From: Tepidisphaera sp.
GTDB lineage: Bacteria > Planctomycetota > Phycisphaerae > Phycisphaerales > UBA1924
DNA length: 64,000 nucleotides
Assembly (NCBI GenBank): GCA_050916045.1
Contig: CP051526.1
Span: 704,001-768,000 of the forward strand
Direction: 5' to 3'
Below, piece after piece: positions 61,947-64,000 of this stretch. The notes under the pieces are model-generated. The model saw nothing but the letters and a program-made list of their open reading frames with translations. It did not search any database and was not told the DNA's origin. The position numbers were made by a program, and so were the translations under genes. How positions within the stretch are numbered: position 1 is the first letter of the stretch; each line of letters starts with the position of its first letter.

Positions 61947-62501
61947 TCACCCGCGCTTGGCCCGCAGGTATTCCAGAAGCGACCGCCGAGTCCCCCCGCT
62001 CCCGCGAGCCTTCTCAAACGCCCGCTCCACCGCCGTCTCGTACCGCTCCCCGCGCGGCGCCCCGCCCATCGCGATCGCCCCGACGGGCTTGCTCGCTTCG
62101 AAAAGGTGCGGCTTGCGTTCTTTGACCTCGGCGACGACGCGGCCGACGTCCTTGTCGTTCCCCTTGGCGAGGGTCTGCTCGACCAAGAGCAGCGCGCTCT
62201 CGACGTCCTGGGCTTTCGCGTCGATGAGCTGCCGTTCGACCTCGCGGCGCTGGATCATGGCTTCGAGCGTGCGTTTGCCGGCTTCGAGCTCGGTCCGCAG
62301 GGAGGCGAGGCTCTGCTCGAGCTCCTTGATCTTCTCCTCCGCCTGGAGCGCTCGGCCGCGCCAGGTCGATTCGTCCGTGTCCGCTCCGCCGCCCGAACCC
62401 GCTTGCGAGGGCCCCGCGCCCTCCGGCGGCCCGCCGCCGCCGCCACCACCCCCGATGGGCCCCTGTCCCGCGCTTCCAAGCCCGCCGCCGAAATCCCCCA
62501 T
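61947..62501 (-). CDS. Putative phage scaffolding protein
   Basis: Lies between portal and capsid; Gly-rich N-terminus, coiled coil, V..KP.LF motif; RBS AAGGAG. Confidence 0.7.
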   Translation of the reverse strand: MGDFGGGLGSAGQGPIGGGGGGGGPPEGAGPSQAGSGGGADTDESTWRGRALQAEEKIKELEQSLASLRTELEAGKRTLEAMIQRREVERQLIDAKAQDVESALLLVEQTLAKGNDKDVGRVVAEVKERKPHLFEASKPVGAIAMGGAPRGERYETAVERAFEKARGSGGTRRSLLEYLRAKRG

Positions 62502-62526
62502 TGGTGTTCTCCTTGTGTCGTGATGG

Positions 62527-64000
62527 TCATTCCACGCCCGCGTCCGCCTGGGAGTACCCAAGCTCCGAGAGCACGCGTTCCTTCGAGACGCCGAGGCGGG
62601 TCTTCCCCTCGGCCGCAAGCACTTTCTCCCGGTCATCCACAGGCAGCGGGTCGGGCCACTCGATCGCGACGCCGCGATCCGCCGCCCGCGTCCTGAGCAA
62701 GCCCGCGTGGTCGAGCGCCGCGAGGACAAGCCCGCACACCTCCTGGATCCCGCGTCCGTACGTCACCCGCTTGCGGGCCGTTTTGGCGAGCACGCTCATC
62801 AGCGTGACCCGCAGCGCGTTGGCCGAGGAGAGATTCCCGATGCGGCCCTGCACCACGCCCCCCGCGACCGGAGGCACGCCGCTCACCTTGTCCATCGCTT
62901 CCCGGATCTGCTGGATGTGAGCATCTTCGCTGGGGCTTGATGCATCGCCGCCGAACGCCTGGATGCTCGCGTCCATGTTGTCGGTCGTCCAGACCTGTCC
63001 CGGCGCAATGGGCGTCTTCTCAAACCCGTCCACGCCCTTGGCGAGGTACATCCGGAAGCTCTGCATCGTGACGCGGTTGGCCCGGTCGCTCAGCCGCGTG
63101 TTGAGCTCATCCTGCAGGGCCATCAGCGGCTCGACCTCACCCAGCCCGGCCCACTTCCACGGCTCGGCGATGTTCTGGATGTGCGCGACGGGCACGCGTC
63201 CGCCGGTCCAGGGCGTCTCGCCGGCGGCGGTCAATTTCTCGCCGTCGTACTGCTGCCACGCGGCGGGCGCGATGATCCGCGTCTTGGAAGCGCGGGCCCG
63301 CCGGGGCGGCCTCGCGCTCCCTACGACGGCGCCCGAAGCGCGTTCCCACCAGCCCGCGGGCTCGACGCGGTTCTGCTCGTGCTCGTAGTGCACGATGTAC
63401 GCGAGGATCTTGCGGTAGTCGGACGGATCGGTGACCGCGAACCCCCGGCGCGGATCGACGACCTCGATCGTGACCAGCCCGGCAAGTTCGCGGGCCCACC
63501 GCGCCGGTTCGGTGTTGGCCGACCGGCGAGCGAGGTCCCGCAAGCCCTGCGTGTCGACGCTCACGAGAAAGTCGACCGAGCCGAGCACGTGCCCGATCAG
63601 CGCCGCGTCTTGGAGCAGCGCGATGCCGCCCGAAGCCTCCCACACCGCGTCGAGCGCGGCTTCGACGGCGGCCCGGGTTCGTTCATCCTCGGCGCGGCTT
63701 GCGAGTCGGATGGCTTTCCCGAACATGAAGTCGACCATGGACTGGATCCGCCAGCCGATGTCGTTCTCGATGACGACCTCGCGGCGGACGCCGTAGCCGG
63801 CCGCTTCGCCCTGAGCCAGAGCCAGCCCCGAGGTGGGTGGGCGGCCCGTGATGCGGCTCGGCAGTCCCATTTCCTGCCCGAGCACGCCCATCCCGGCGCC
63901 GCCCCCCACCCCCAACCCCGCCCCCAACCCCACCCCGGCCCCCATCCCGGCTCCCACCCGGGGCCGCACGCCGCTTCCCGCCGCGCCTCCGTGCGAGGAC
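62527..64000 (-). CDS. Phage portal protein (SPP1-like), 5' end probably beyond window
   Basis: VDFMFGK, G.VPVAHIQN, G.GEVEPL..LQDELN, SG.P, SSANALR, IEWPDPLP, VS.E.VL.ELG. Confidence 0.8.
   Translation of the reverse strand, partial: SSHGGAAGSGVRPRVGAGMGAGVGLGAGLGVGGGAGMGVLGQEMGLPSRITGRPPTSGLALAQGEAAGYGVRREVVIENDIGWRIQSMVDFMFGKAIRLASRAEDERTRAAVEAALDAVWEASGGIALLQDAALIGHVLGSVDFLVSVDTQGLRDLARRSANTEPARWARELAGLVTIEVVDPRRGFAVTDPSDYRKILAYIVHYEHEQNRVEPAGWWERASGAVVGSARPPRRARASKTRIIAPAAWQQYDGEKLTAAGETPWTGGRVPVAHIQNIAEPWKWAGLGEVEPLMALQDELNTRLSDRANRVTMQSFRMYLAKGVDGFEKTPIAPGQVWTTDNMDASIQAFGGDASSPSEDAHIQQIREAMDKVSGVPPVAGGVVQGRIGNLSSANALRVTLMSVLAKTARKRVTYGRGIQEVCGLVLAALDHAGLLRTRAADRGVAIEWPDPLPVDDREKVLAAEGKTRLGVSKERVLSELGYSQADAGVE

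Overview
High-GC bacterial chromosome segment, most consistent with Planctomycetota (Phycisphaerales-like). That placement is inferred from the GC-type dockerin tails, PEP-CTERM variants and Phycisphaera-type Zn-ribbon membrane proteins. The core genes are ruvC, ribE, dnaB, aspS, hemW, purA, uppS, sthA, lipB, lpxA, a phosphohexomutase, ppk1, folE2, sodA, a sigma-70 factor and ftsK. Accessory surface and secreted genes are interspersed: six proteins with a twin-EF-hand 'GC-type dockerin' tail (four in one tandem enzyme cluster), three PEP-CTERM proteins, a four-gene array of paralogous Zn-ribbon membrane proteins, a DPP IV-like peptidase carrying a VHL-beta-like insert, a GH5 and a sugar ABC transporter. 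The most notable candidate system is at the right end: a compact, intact, host-like phage head module (portal, scaffold, SU10/DUF5309-like major capsid and three small genes). It runs directly into ftsK with no integrase, tail or lysis genes on that side, so it is a candidate domesticated GTA-like or capsid-derived particle; it is truncated by the window edge. Also seen: several REP/REPIN-like palindrome families, heptamer tandem repeats, DnaA-box matches, an ExxHGH (PTPS-III-type) pterin synthase, a sigma factor lacking the WW melting dyad, and kilobase-scale oscillating G/C strand skew. No rRNA, tRNA, CRISPR array or transposase was recognised. All family calls come from motif recognition by eye, not from database searches.
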